Program-made: the position numbers and the translations under genes
Shown here: in pieces, positions 1 to 5,270 of the stretch
Position numbering within the stretch: position 1 is the stretch's first letter
Layout of the letters: each line of letters opens with the position of its first letter
Notes under the pieces: model-generated
Database searches by the model: none
What the model saw: the letters and a program-made list of their open reading frames with translations, nothing else
Told to the model about the DNA's origin: nothing
From: a virus
Length of the DNA stretch: 6,036 nt
Strand: one strand, 5' to 3'
IMG/VR virus record: IMGVR_UViG_3300045988_006460
Coordinates: 1-6,036 of that record

Positions 1-119
1 ATTTTTTTTGTAACGTATCCTGCAACATATCTATAGGTTTCCGGTGTTGCTTGTGCTATCTGGATTTGACCCATTCCCCATAGGTTGCACATCCATTTGC
101 TTGTATAATATCCGTTGTG
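1..119. repeat. Terminal direct repeat, copy 1: overlap from a circular-genome assembly, identical to 5918..6036
   Basis: Base-by-base reading shows 1..119 (attttttttgtaacgtatcctgc...tataatatccgttgtg) is identical to 5918..6036. A minus-strand reading frame runs seamlessly across the junction and reconstitutes one 340-aa VP4. The unit genome is therefore 5,917 nt. Confidence 0.95.
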
Positions 120-662
120 CCTTATTTTATAGATTTGCTCTAGGTCTGTTGGTTGCCAACCGTATAAAATCATATGATAGTGTGGTCTCGCTGTTTGCTC
201 TCCGTACTCTCCAGCACAGAAATAGCGTAGTTGGCCCCTGTAAGCCTTTCTGAGACGTTTTAAGAACTTTTGCATATCTGGATATAGCAATGTTTGCACG
301 CTCTCTGGTGCCTTTTCTCCCGGCTTCCAGACGTATTGAACCTTACGCATGATTTCACCGGTTTTAACTATCATTCCTGGTATGTGGTCATCATCATAAG
401 TTAGCGTGATAAACCACACTTCTTCTTTTGGCCATGCTCTGGCCTCTAGCTCTATGCGTGTTGTCCAGTCCTCTCTTTGCCGTATTCTGCACCCGATGCA
501 TTTTCCGCATGGTATTAGCATTACTTTTGGGTCATACATCAAATCTTCATACTTCATCTGTTTCCCGGTTAACTCAGAAAAGCGGGCGAGAGACATCACC
601 CGCCCGCTTATTTCTCTGTTTTCCGGGTTGTACAGCCTTATAAGTGGCTTGTAACAACTCAT
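1..662 (-). CDS. VP4: Replication initiation protein VP4 (rolling-circle endonuclease, phiX174 A-protein superfamily), N-terminal part, running off the window edge. It continues at 5917 on the circle.
   Basis: This ORF is absent from the track because it has no stop codon at this end of the window. My translation from the ATG at 662..660 is MSCYKPLIRLYNPENREISGRVMSLARFSELTGKQMKYEDLMYDPKVMLIPCGKCIGCRIRQREDWTTRIELEARAWPKEEVWFITLTYDDDHIPGM...LRYFCAGEYGEQTARPHYHMILYGW...SKW. This then joins MCNLWGMGQ... of the 5557..6009 ORF. It carries the Cys cluster PCGKCIGCR, RCR motif 1 FITLTY (396..413) and motif 2 HYH (174..182). An AGGAG Shine-Dalgarno lies about 10 nt upstream. The ATG overlaps the VP2 stop as ATGA (659..662). 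Confidence 0.92.
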   Translation of the reverse strand, partial: MSCYKPLIRLYNPENREISGRVMSLARFSELTGKQMKYEDLMYDPKVMLIPCGKCIGCRIRQREDWTTRIELEARAWPKEEVWFITLTYDDDHIPGMIVKTGEIMRKVQYVWKPGEKAPESVQTLLYPDMQKFLKRLRKAYRGQLRYFCAGEYGEQTARPHYHMILYGWQPTDLEQIYKIRHNGYYTSKWMCNLWGMGQIQIAQATPETYRYVAGYVTKK

Positions 663-1513
663 CTTAAATAATCTCCTGGTTTTCTTTTTTCGCCATAATC
701 TCCTGTTTTGTCTTGCGGCTTTGTGAATTCTTGCTTTCTTCCCTGTCTTGGCGTTACTTTTTCAACTGCTTTTTCGGTTGCTTTGTCGGTTTCGTTTCCG
801 ATTTCCGTTAGCGCCTTTTGCATTCCGTAAGGTGTCAAGTGCGTTTGGCTTAGCATTTGTTGCCAGCTTTGCGCCGCGTTGTACCAATCTGATTTGCTCC
901 AGCTGCTGCTGCTGTATGCGTTTGGCACAAATCCTCCGCTTCTGCTTACACCTAGCGCACTACTACTTGCAAGGCCTATACTTGCACCGCTGATTGTTCC
1001 TGCGCTGCCTCCTGGCGTGCTCGCGCCTCCGTTTGCGAATGCTAGTATTGGATTTAGCCCTGCTTTTTTCATGTCCTCTACGGCTCTTTGATAGGCTGTG
1101 CTTGACATTCTTTCTTGCCATTCCCTATTTTTCATGGCTTCGGTGCTATTAAAATTCATTGCCGCCGTGTTCTCGATGTGGTTATAAATGCCTTGTGCAA
1201 TTGCGCTTAAAGTGTTATAGCCCATTTGTTTTAACATGGAACCGCTGTTAAATTGACTTTGCCTTTCTGCTTCGCCTGCTTGGTATTGGTAGGCACCTTC
1301 TAGCCACTTTTGCACTTGTTCGATGTTCGTTCCTGCTTGGCTTCCGCTTTCTGAATGTCCTCCGCCTTGGCTTACACTGCCGCCTTGGCTTTGTGAATTT
1401 CCTGTCTGTCCCCATCCACCGAATGCGCCGCCTATGTTTTTTACTGCTCCTGCAATGCTTCCTATTGCGTTGGCTCCTGCGCCAATCATTGACATAATGC
1501 TTAATGGATCCAT
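659..1513 (-). CDS. VP2: Minor capsid / DNA pilot protein VP2
   Basis: The ORF is 284 aa and lies directly downstream of VP1. Its N-terminus is Gly/Ala/Ser-rich and glycine-zipper-like (MIGAGANAIGSIAGAVKNIGGAFGG), followed by low-complexity GS/Q sequence. The motif REWQERMSSTAYQRAVEDMKKAGLNPILA matches the conserved TAYQR...D...AGLNP block I recognise from gokushovirus VP2 proteins. Confidence 0.85.
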   Translation of the reverse strand: MDPLSIMSMIGAGANAIGSIAGAVKNIGGAFGGWGQTGNSQSQGGSVSQGGGHSESGSQAGTNIEQVQKWLEGAYQYQAGEAERQSQFNSGSMLKQMGYNTLSAIAQGIYNHIENTAAMNFNSTEAMKNREWQERMSSTAYQRAVEDMKKAGLNPILAFANGGASTPGGSAGTISGASIGLASSSALGVSRSGGFVPNAYSSSSWSKSDWYNAAQSWQQMLSQTHLTPYGMQKALTEIGNETDKATEKAVEKVTPRQGRKQEFTKPQDKTGDYGEKRKPGDYLR

Positions 1514-1521
1514 TTTAAAAT

Positions 1522-1541
1522 AGCCCGGATTTCTCCGGGCT
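1522..1541 (-). terminator. GC-rich hairpin with a GNRA tetraloop between VP1 and VP2: putative partial intrinsic terminator and mRNA structure
   Basis: The minus strand reads A-GCCCGGA-GAAA-TCCGGGC-T, an 8-bp stem with a GAAA loop. It is followed immediately by ATTTTAAA and then the VP2 ATG. The hairpin begins 10 nt after the VP1 stop codon. Confidence 0.5.
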
Positions 1542-1542
1542 T

Positions 1543-1550
1543 CCTCCTTT
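1543..1550 (-). promoter_or_regulatory. Shine-Dalgarno AAAGGAGG, displaced about 29 nt from the VP2 start by the intervening hairpin
   Basis: The minus strand reads TAA-G-AAAGGAGGAA-hairpin-TATTTTAAA-ATG. No other SD-like sequence lies between the hairpin and the ATG at 1513. Confidence 0.5.
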
Positions 1551-1551
1551 C

Positions 1552-3249
1552 TTACAGTTTATACAGGCCCGGCACGCTATACAATGGCATCCGTCGCGTG
1601 GTTTTGTTTGCCACTCGCACGGCTCCAAAGAATTGCGGTTCGCTCTGGACGATTAATGTTCTTGCAATCTCCGCTTTGCCTTCTGCCATCCATTCCTGGC
1701 TGAGTGTTGGAACAGTGCTGTATACATCAGCATAATGCCAGAAATCCAGTGTACCGGTGGCGTTGCTTCTCATTAGTCCAGATACCCGGTTTGGCTTCAT
1801 GCGGTAGTCTGCCCACGCTTCTTGATAGCCGAAAGTTTCCTCATCGGTCGTATCGCCTGTGAGCATGATTTCTTTCTTTTTTACCGGCTGTTCGCCTAAA
1901 TTTGCAAACTGTGGCACATAATAGTCAAGTCTGTCGCGTCTGCTCCAGAATCGTTCTAATCCCTGTTGGTAGCTTCGGTTGTGTCGTACACACGCAACAC
2001 CGATTACAAACCCGTGTTCTTCAAAACTCTTTGTGAATGAGCTTTCTCTGATAGGTGTTACGGACACTGCACCCGTTTCACCGATGGGAGTGTCGTTTTC
2101 CGTCTGCTGGCCGCTCGTCTGTACAATCTGGTTAACGTTGACTTGGTATCTGCCGCCTCCCAGATATTCCGGAATTTGTACTGTTTTGTCACTGATGGTT
2201 ACATCCCACAGTGCGCGTACCTGTTCGCGGTACCGGCTGCCGCCTCTAGCCAGCGTTTCATAGTACTGCTGCACTGCAATGGCCTGCCGCAACTCGTTTA
2301 TGGTCGTTGCTTCGATGCCGTGCAGATTTGTGTACAGGTTTCCACTTACGATGTAATTACCGCTTGGGCCTACTGTATATTCGCTGCCTTCGACGCCTGC
2401 TAATTCAACTGCTCCAGCTTTACCGTCCCAATAGCGATTGAACGCTCTGCCTGCTGCCGTTTTCGTTGGCGAGTTAAACCAAATTTGTTCGTTTTCTGCA
2501 TATGGTTCTACTTTACCGTTTACTAGATTGCCAATTATCACCGGTGCGTCACCGCTTAGGCTGATTGTTACCTCTGGCCCGCGCTGTGGATAAGGTAGAC
2601 AGCTGGTAAAATAGTCATGGTACTTGTTCACCGGTAGCAGATTTCCGCCCAACACTGCATTTTGCAGGTCTTTTTCTAGCGTTTCCGTTGCTTCTGCGTT
2701 GAATTTGTATGTCACATTTGCGTCATCGCTTTTCAAAACTGCCGCGTTGTCTATGTTTTCGTCTCTAAAAAATTCATTCCAGATTTTGACATATGCCCGG
2801 ATAGGCAATGCGTTGATGCTGAACGGTTTTTTGATTTTCGTAGGCACACCCATATAGTCCAGAATAGACCTCTCATCTGGTGCCGGTTTTGCTTCTGTGC
2901 CGTTGATATTGATTTGCGGCACTGTATATGCTTTTGTTGGCATCCACGGCGTTTCCTCAACTTCACCCATGAAGTTTTTGAAGCTGTCCCACAAGATTCG
3001 GTTCGGTGTGTAGAAGTAATAGAAGTCGATGAATGCATCGTCCATGACTGGATATTTCGGCGTGCTCATGCGGATGATTGCCGTTGTGTCTACCTGGAAA
3101 GTGTCTCCCGGAAGCACTTCATCCACGAAAAACGGAATCAGTTTTCCGGAATCAAATGTGGTTAAAATTGTCTGGTCGCGATTAAATCTCGTTCGGCTTG
3201 CGTGCATTTCCGGGATTTGAAGGAAATGCCTTTCATTATTTCTGTTCAT
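1552..3249 (-). CDS. VP1: Major capsid protein VP1 (Microviridae F-protein family)
   Basis: The ORF is 565 aa. Its N-terminus, MNRNNERHFLQIPEMHASRTRFNRDQTILTTFDSGKLIPFFVDEVLPGDTF, has the hallmark microvirus capsid signature (R..F...H...TTFD.G.L.P....EVLPGD.F). The size is typical of gokushovirus-like VP1. A GGAGGAAG SD lies 4 nt upstream of the ATG. The start overlaps the VP3 stop by 14 nt. Confidence 0.95.
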   Translation of the reverse strand: MNRNNERHFLQIPEMHASRTRFNRDQTILTTFDSGKLIPFFVDEVLPGDTFQVDTTAIIRMSTPKYPVMDDAFIDFYYFYTPNRILWDSFKNFMGEVEETPWMPTKAYTVPQININGTEAKPAPDERSILDYMGVPTKIKKPFSINALPIRAYVKIWNEFFRDENIDNAAVLKSDDANVTYKFNAEATETLEKDLQNAVLGGNLLPVNKYHDYFTSCLPYPQRGPEVTISLSGDAPVIIGNLVNGKVEPYAENEQIWFNSPTKTAAGRAFNRYWDGKAGAVELAGVEGSEYTVGPSGNYIVSGNLYTNLHGIEATTINELRQAIAVQQYYETLARGGSRYREQVRALWDVTISDKTVQIPEYLGGGRYQVNVNQIVQTSGQQTENDTPIGETGAVSVTPIRESSFTKSFEEHGFVIGVACVRHNRSYQQGLERFWSRRDRLDYYVPQFANLGEQPVKKKEIMLTGDTTDEETFGYQEAWADYRMKPNRVSGLMRSNATGTLDFWHYADVYSTVPTLSQEWMAEGKAEIARTLIVQSEPQFFGAVRVANKTTRRMPLYSVPGLYKL

Positions 3250-3640
3250 TTGCTTCCTCCGTCTTTTCCTGCGCGGTTTCCTGCGCTTTCTTCAGTTCTT
3301 CTAGCTTCATGGCGTTTACCTGTGCCGTTGCCATCATCTGGTGATACTCGTGCACGTTCTGCGGCCATCCGGTAATATCCTTGATAGGCGTTTCTTCCTT
3401 GGATAGCGCTCCCTGTGACAGACTTGCCATAAAGGCCGGGTCGAAACTCGCTTTTCTCACGATGTTTTTGATGTCGCATTCGTCTGCATAGCTTTCAATT
3501 TCGGCCTGCACGTCGATGCTTTCGGTTTCCTGTAGGTACTCTTGGCCGTCCTTATCTTTTGCCCAGACGTATTGTTTCCGTTCGTTTTTGCCCGGTTCGG
3601 AAAAGAGGGGCTTTCGCCCCTCCTCATATCGTTTATTCAT
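3236..3640 (-). CDS. VP3: Putative internal scaffolding protein VP3 (134 aa from the ATG at 3640)
   Basis: The gene sits immediately upstream of, and overlaps, VP1. It is small with an acidic, helical C-terminus (KLEELKKAQETAQEKTEEANEQK). The ECDIKNIVRK segment resembles the E.DIN.I..R block of gokushovirus VP3 as I remember it. I prefer the start at 3640 (MNKRYEEGRK...) because a GGGAGGG SD lies 8 nt upstream and this ATG overlaps the stop of the preceding gene by 8 nt. The ORF-track start at 3700 has no SD. Confidence 0.55.
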   Translation of the reverse strand: MNKRYEEGRKPLFSEPGKNERKQYVWAKDKDGQEYLQETESIDVQAEIESYADECDIKNIVRKASFDPAFMASLSQGALSKEETPIKDITGWPQNVHEYHQMMATAQVNAMKLEELKKAQETAQEKTEEANEQK

Positions 3641-3872
3641 GTGGCTTGCCCTCCCACACTTTTTCTTTGTCGTTCTGGAAGGTTCCCAGTTCATCCTCAA
3701 AGTCGGCCAATTTAAAGCCGGTGTAGTCCTGCGGACTCTGGCCGATAAATGTTTTTTCGTCCTTGGCCATCACATTGCACATTCGCGCAAAGGTTGCGTT
3801 GTTTTTGCTCTCGCCTACCCATGCATAGCATTTTGCTACGTCGTCCCAGATGCCGTAATATGCGTGAATCAT
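3633..3872 (-). CDS. Hypothetical protein, 79 aa, possibly the small conserved non-structural protein seen in many gokushoviruses
   Basis: The start is ATG with an AAAGGA SD 8 nt upstream, and the gene is packed tightly between its neighbours. The pattern YYGIWDD...ATFARMCN...QDYTGFKLADFEDELG resembles a Y.I.D...A.R.F...DY.L..[IL]G.[FY]D..G family I recall from gokushovirus genomes. This was not verified. Confidence 0.55.
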   Translation of the reverse strand: MIHAYYGIWDDVAKCYAWVGESKNNATFARMCNVMAKDEKTFIGQSPQDYTGFKLADFEDELGTFQNDKEKVWEGKPHE

Positions 3873-3888
3873 TGTTTTTGTCCTTTCT

Positions 3889-3990
3889 TTACAGCCGGAT
3901 GCCCCCGCGCATGGGCTTTTGGCTCAGGTTGATACTCTTGGTTTTTCGCGCGGTGACGTTGAACATGCGCTTATCCTTTCGCATATTCAT
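3889..3990 (-). CDS. Small, highly basic peptide of 33 aa: candidate DNA-condensing/packaging protein, analogous to phiX174 J or gokushovirus ORF8
   Basis: The ORF is below the track cutoff. My translation is MNMRKDKRMFNVTARKTKSINLSQKPMRGGIRL, with 10 K/R and 1 D. It fills the gap between the 75-aa gene (stop codon at 3995..3997) and the 79-aa gene (start at 3872), and its stop codon abuts the next gene's SD. Its own SD is weak: AAGAAG is adjacent to the first ATG and 6 nt from the ATG at 3984. Confidence 0.45.
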   Translation of the reverse strand: MNMRKDKRMFNVTARKTKSINLSQKPMRGGIRL

Positions 3991-3994
3991 CTTC

Positions 3995-4222
3995 TTACGA
4001 TATGCCATTGTAAAATCCCCTTCTGATAAGTTCAAGCTCGATTGCATTTGTAAAGCTCTTTAAGTGCCAGATTTCGTCTAGCATCTTCTTTGCGGTTTCT
4101 ATGTCCGCTATCTTGCGCAAGAGCTTATATTGCGCGTCTATCTCTTTGTATTTTTTTTCGAGAATGCTTCTCAATTCATCTTCGGTCTGGTCTCTGACGT
4201 TCCAGCTTTTGTGTAAGGGCAT
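3995..4222 (-). CDS. Hypothetical protein, 75 aa, predicted helical
   Basis: The start is ATG with a strong GAAGGAG SD 7 nt upstream. The gene is on the same strand as its neighbours and tightly packed. I recognise no motif in it. Confidence 0.6.
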   Translation of the reverse strand: MPLHKSWNVRDQTEDELRSILEKKYKEIDAQYKLLRKIADIETAKKMLDEIWHLKSFTNAIELELIRRGFYNGIS

Positions 4223-4227
4223 GTTTG

Positions 4228-4344
4228 TTACTCCTTCTCGTTCGCCGCGTCCTTAAGCGCGTGATAGATTTCATCGAGCTTTTCAAGAATGTCCATCATG
4301 AGCTTGACGGCCTGTTTGACGTCCTTCACACTAATCAGTGTCAT
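4228..4344 (-). CDS. Hypothetical small protein, 38 aa, an amphipathic helix
   Basis: The ORF is below the track cutoff. My translation is MTLISVKDVKQAVKLMMDILEKLDEIYHALKDAANEKE. An AAGGGAG SD lies 7 nt upstream. The ATG comes 2 nt after the peptidase stop codon. Its last codons (GAG AAG GAG TAA) form the SD of the next gene. Confidence 0.5.
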   Translation of the reverse strand: MTLISVKDVKQAVKLMMDILEKLDEIYHALKDAANEKE

Positions 4345-4346
4345 GG

Positions 4347-4730
4347 TTATACTCCCTTTCTATATTTGTTTTCGCGCACGTCAATGTGTACGAAATTAGT
4401 ATATCGGATGACCCCGCCTTTGTCAAGTATGTTATCTGCATATTTTGCGACTTCTTTTGAACTGTGTCCTTTCACTACGATATCCGCCGCCATTCCTTTG
4501 CAGTGATATGAGTTCCCTGCGCCGTTTACTTTTGCGTTGTGGCTTGGCGTTCTGTAGCCGCTGTTAATCGTACAAGGTGCATTGAAATGATTTCTAATCT
4601 TCTCCAGTGTTTCCAGTAGCTCTGTGCATAGGAGTAGTTCAAAACTTCCGTCTTTACACGCAAATTCTTTCGCCTCAAAGTGTTCACTCACCTTTCCGAA
4701 ATCTCTGTTAATGAAGTTAATGTGTTTCAT
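4347..4730 (-). CDS. Zinc D-Ala-D-Ala carboxypeptidase-like peptidoglycan hydrolase (peptidase M15 / LAS fold, M15A-like)
   Basis: The ORF is 127 aa. It carries SGYR (aa 57-60), an H-x6-D motif (H76CKGMAAD83) and a C-terminal FVHID (H115, D117). This is the Zn-ligand arrangement of LAS/M15 enzymes. An AAGGAG SD lies 8 nt upstream. There is no N-terminal signal peptide or TM segment. Confidence 0.85.
   Translation of the reverse strand: MKHINFINRDFGKVSEHFEAKEFACKDGSFELLLCTELLETLEKIRNHFNAPCTINSGYRTPSHNAKVNGAGNSYHCKGMAADIVVKGHSSKEVAKYADNILDKGGVIRYTNFVHIDVRENKYRKGV
4398..4426 (-). promoter_or_regulatory. Candidate internal promoter inside the peptidase gene
   Basis: The minus strand reads TTGACA (4421..4426), an exact 17-nt spacer, then TATACT (4398..4403). 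It would start transcripts about 45 nt upstream of the 38-aa ORF. Confidence 0.4.
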
Positions 4731-4917
4731 TGTTTTGCTCCTTTTCGGTGAAGTACAGTGCCACTTTTTCTACTTTGTACAGTGAGTACAGACCCGGGTG
4801 CCTGTTTGCGTAATCTTTCGCTTTCTGCTTTGCGCATTTCGGTTCCTCGTTCATTTTCAATACGGTGGTCATGGTGTCGTCATCGTTCCAGCTTCTCAGC
4901 TCGTATCTGTGCTTCAT
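4717..4917 (-). CDS. Hypothetical protein, 66 aa from the ATG at 4917, first gene after the promoter
   Basis: The ORF-track start at 4926 is a GTG sitting directly against the SD. The ATG at 4917 lies 8 nt downstream of AAGGAAGG, so I prefer it (MKHRYELRSWNDDD...). The gene overlaps the peptidase start by 14 nt. Confidence 0.55.
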   Translation of the reverse strand: MKHRYELRSWNDDDTMTTVLKMNEEPKCAKQKAKDYANRHPGLYSLYKVEKVALYFTEKEQNNETH

Positions 4918-4944
4918 TTTTAGCACCTTCCTTTCTGTGATTAT

Positions 4945-4973
4945 ATTCTATCATATTTTTAGGTTTTTGTCAA
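4945..4973 (-). promoter_or_regulatory. Near-consensus sigma70/sigmaA-type promoter with an extended -10 and an upstream A/T tract
   Basis: The minus strand reads AAAATTTTTTCAAAAAAGAC-TTGACA-(17 nt)-TGA-TAGAAT. The -35 TTGACA is at 4968..4973, the TG at 4952..4953 and the -10 TAGAAT at 4945..4950. A second TATAAT at 4940..4945 overlaps it. The first gene's SD and ATG follow about 20-30 nt downstream. Confidence 0.75.
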
Positions 4974-5013
4974 GTCTTTTTTGAAAAAATTTTAGAAAAC
5001 TTTTCCTAGGATA

Positions 5014-5091
5014 GGAGCGCCATTAAACTCCCCGCTGCAGCGGCTCCTTTTGATAAGACCGGCAAGGCCGGTCAGACTGTTGGTGCGCTCC
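5014..5091. other. 78-nt closed multi-stem element, with a three-way-junction-like potential fold
   Basis: The outer 7-bp stem pairs GGAGCGC (5014..5020) with GCGCTCC (5085..5091). It encloses the perfect 12-nt palindrome CCGCTGCAGCGG (5032..5043) and the hairpin GACCGGC-AAG-GCCGGTC (5057..5073). It lies about 40 nt upstream of the promoter -35 element. Confidence 0.45.
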
Positions 5092-5135
5092 GTTAGACTT
5101 TGCCTTCACCGCTCACTCTGTTTTATTGGCCGTTC

Positions 5136-5270
5136 TTTTCAACTTTTCCACATTGTTAAACTTTAGCACAACAGAGCATTTCAACAATTCAACAAGTTTT
5201 CAACATTTCTTTTAACAGTACTTTCTTTTATAAAGAAACGTTATTGTGTTATTTTTTAATGGTTTTCAAC
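5136..5270. repeat. AT-rich block with five copies of TTCAAC(A), which reads GTTGAA on the gene strand
   Basis: TTCAAC occurs at 5138, 5180, 5188, 5199 and 5265. The middle three copies are spaced 8 and 11 nt apart. The 9-mer CAACAAGTT occurs twice (5190..5198 and 5299..5307). TTTTCCACA at 5144..5152 fits the relaxed DnaA-box consensus TTWTNCACA. Confidence 0.5.

Noticed and set aside
102-109. TGTATAAT (also present at 6019..6026) as a plus-strand antisense promoter inside VP4
   Set aside because: There is no acceptable -35 at 16-18 nt spacing (TTGCAC is only 13 nt away). The TG lies directly against the hexamer rather than in the TGnTATAAT configuration. There is nothing plausible to transcribe downstream.
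1524-1534. 11-mer CCCGGATTTCT shared between the VP1/VP2 hairpin (1524..1534) and 5446..5456
   Set aside because: A single shared 11-mer is roughly what chance predicts for about 6 kb compared with itself. There is no extended similarity around it.
3246-3479. 77-aa basic ORF embedded out of frame in VP3, and a 95-aa ORF (2751..3038) embedded in VP1, as possible phiX-style overlapping genes
   Set aside because: Neither has an SD upstream of its ATG, and neither has TM or other recognisable features. Nothing in the sequence distinguishes them from chance frames. They would need Ribo-seq or conservation evidence.
3641-3700. Longer VP3 start at 3700 (MRMNWEPSRTTKKKCGRASH...) as given in the ORF track
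   Set aside because: No SD lies upstream of 3700, and the extension would overlap the 79-aa gene by 68 nt. The ATG at 3640 has a GGGAGGG SD and a typical short start/stop overlap.
5014-5091. tRNA or tRNA-like gene, suggested by a 7-bp acceptor-like closing stem and a size of about 78 nt
   Set aside because: The internal arms do not fit D, anticodon or T-arm geometry on either strand. There is no GTTCRANY T-loop, no conserved D-loop residues, and the spacing is wrong.
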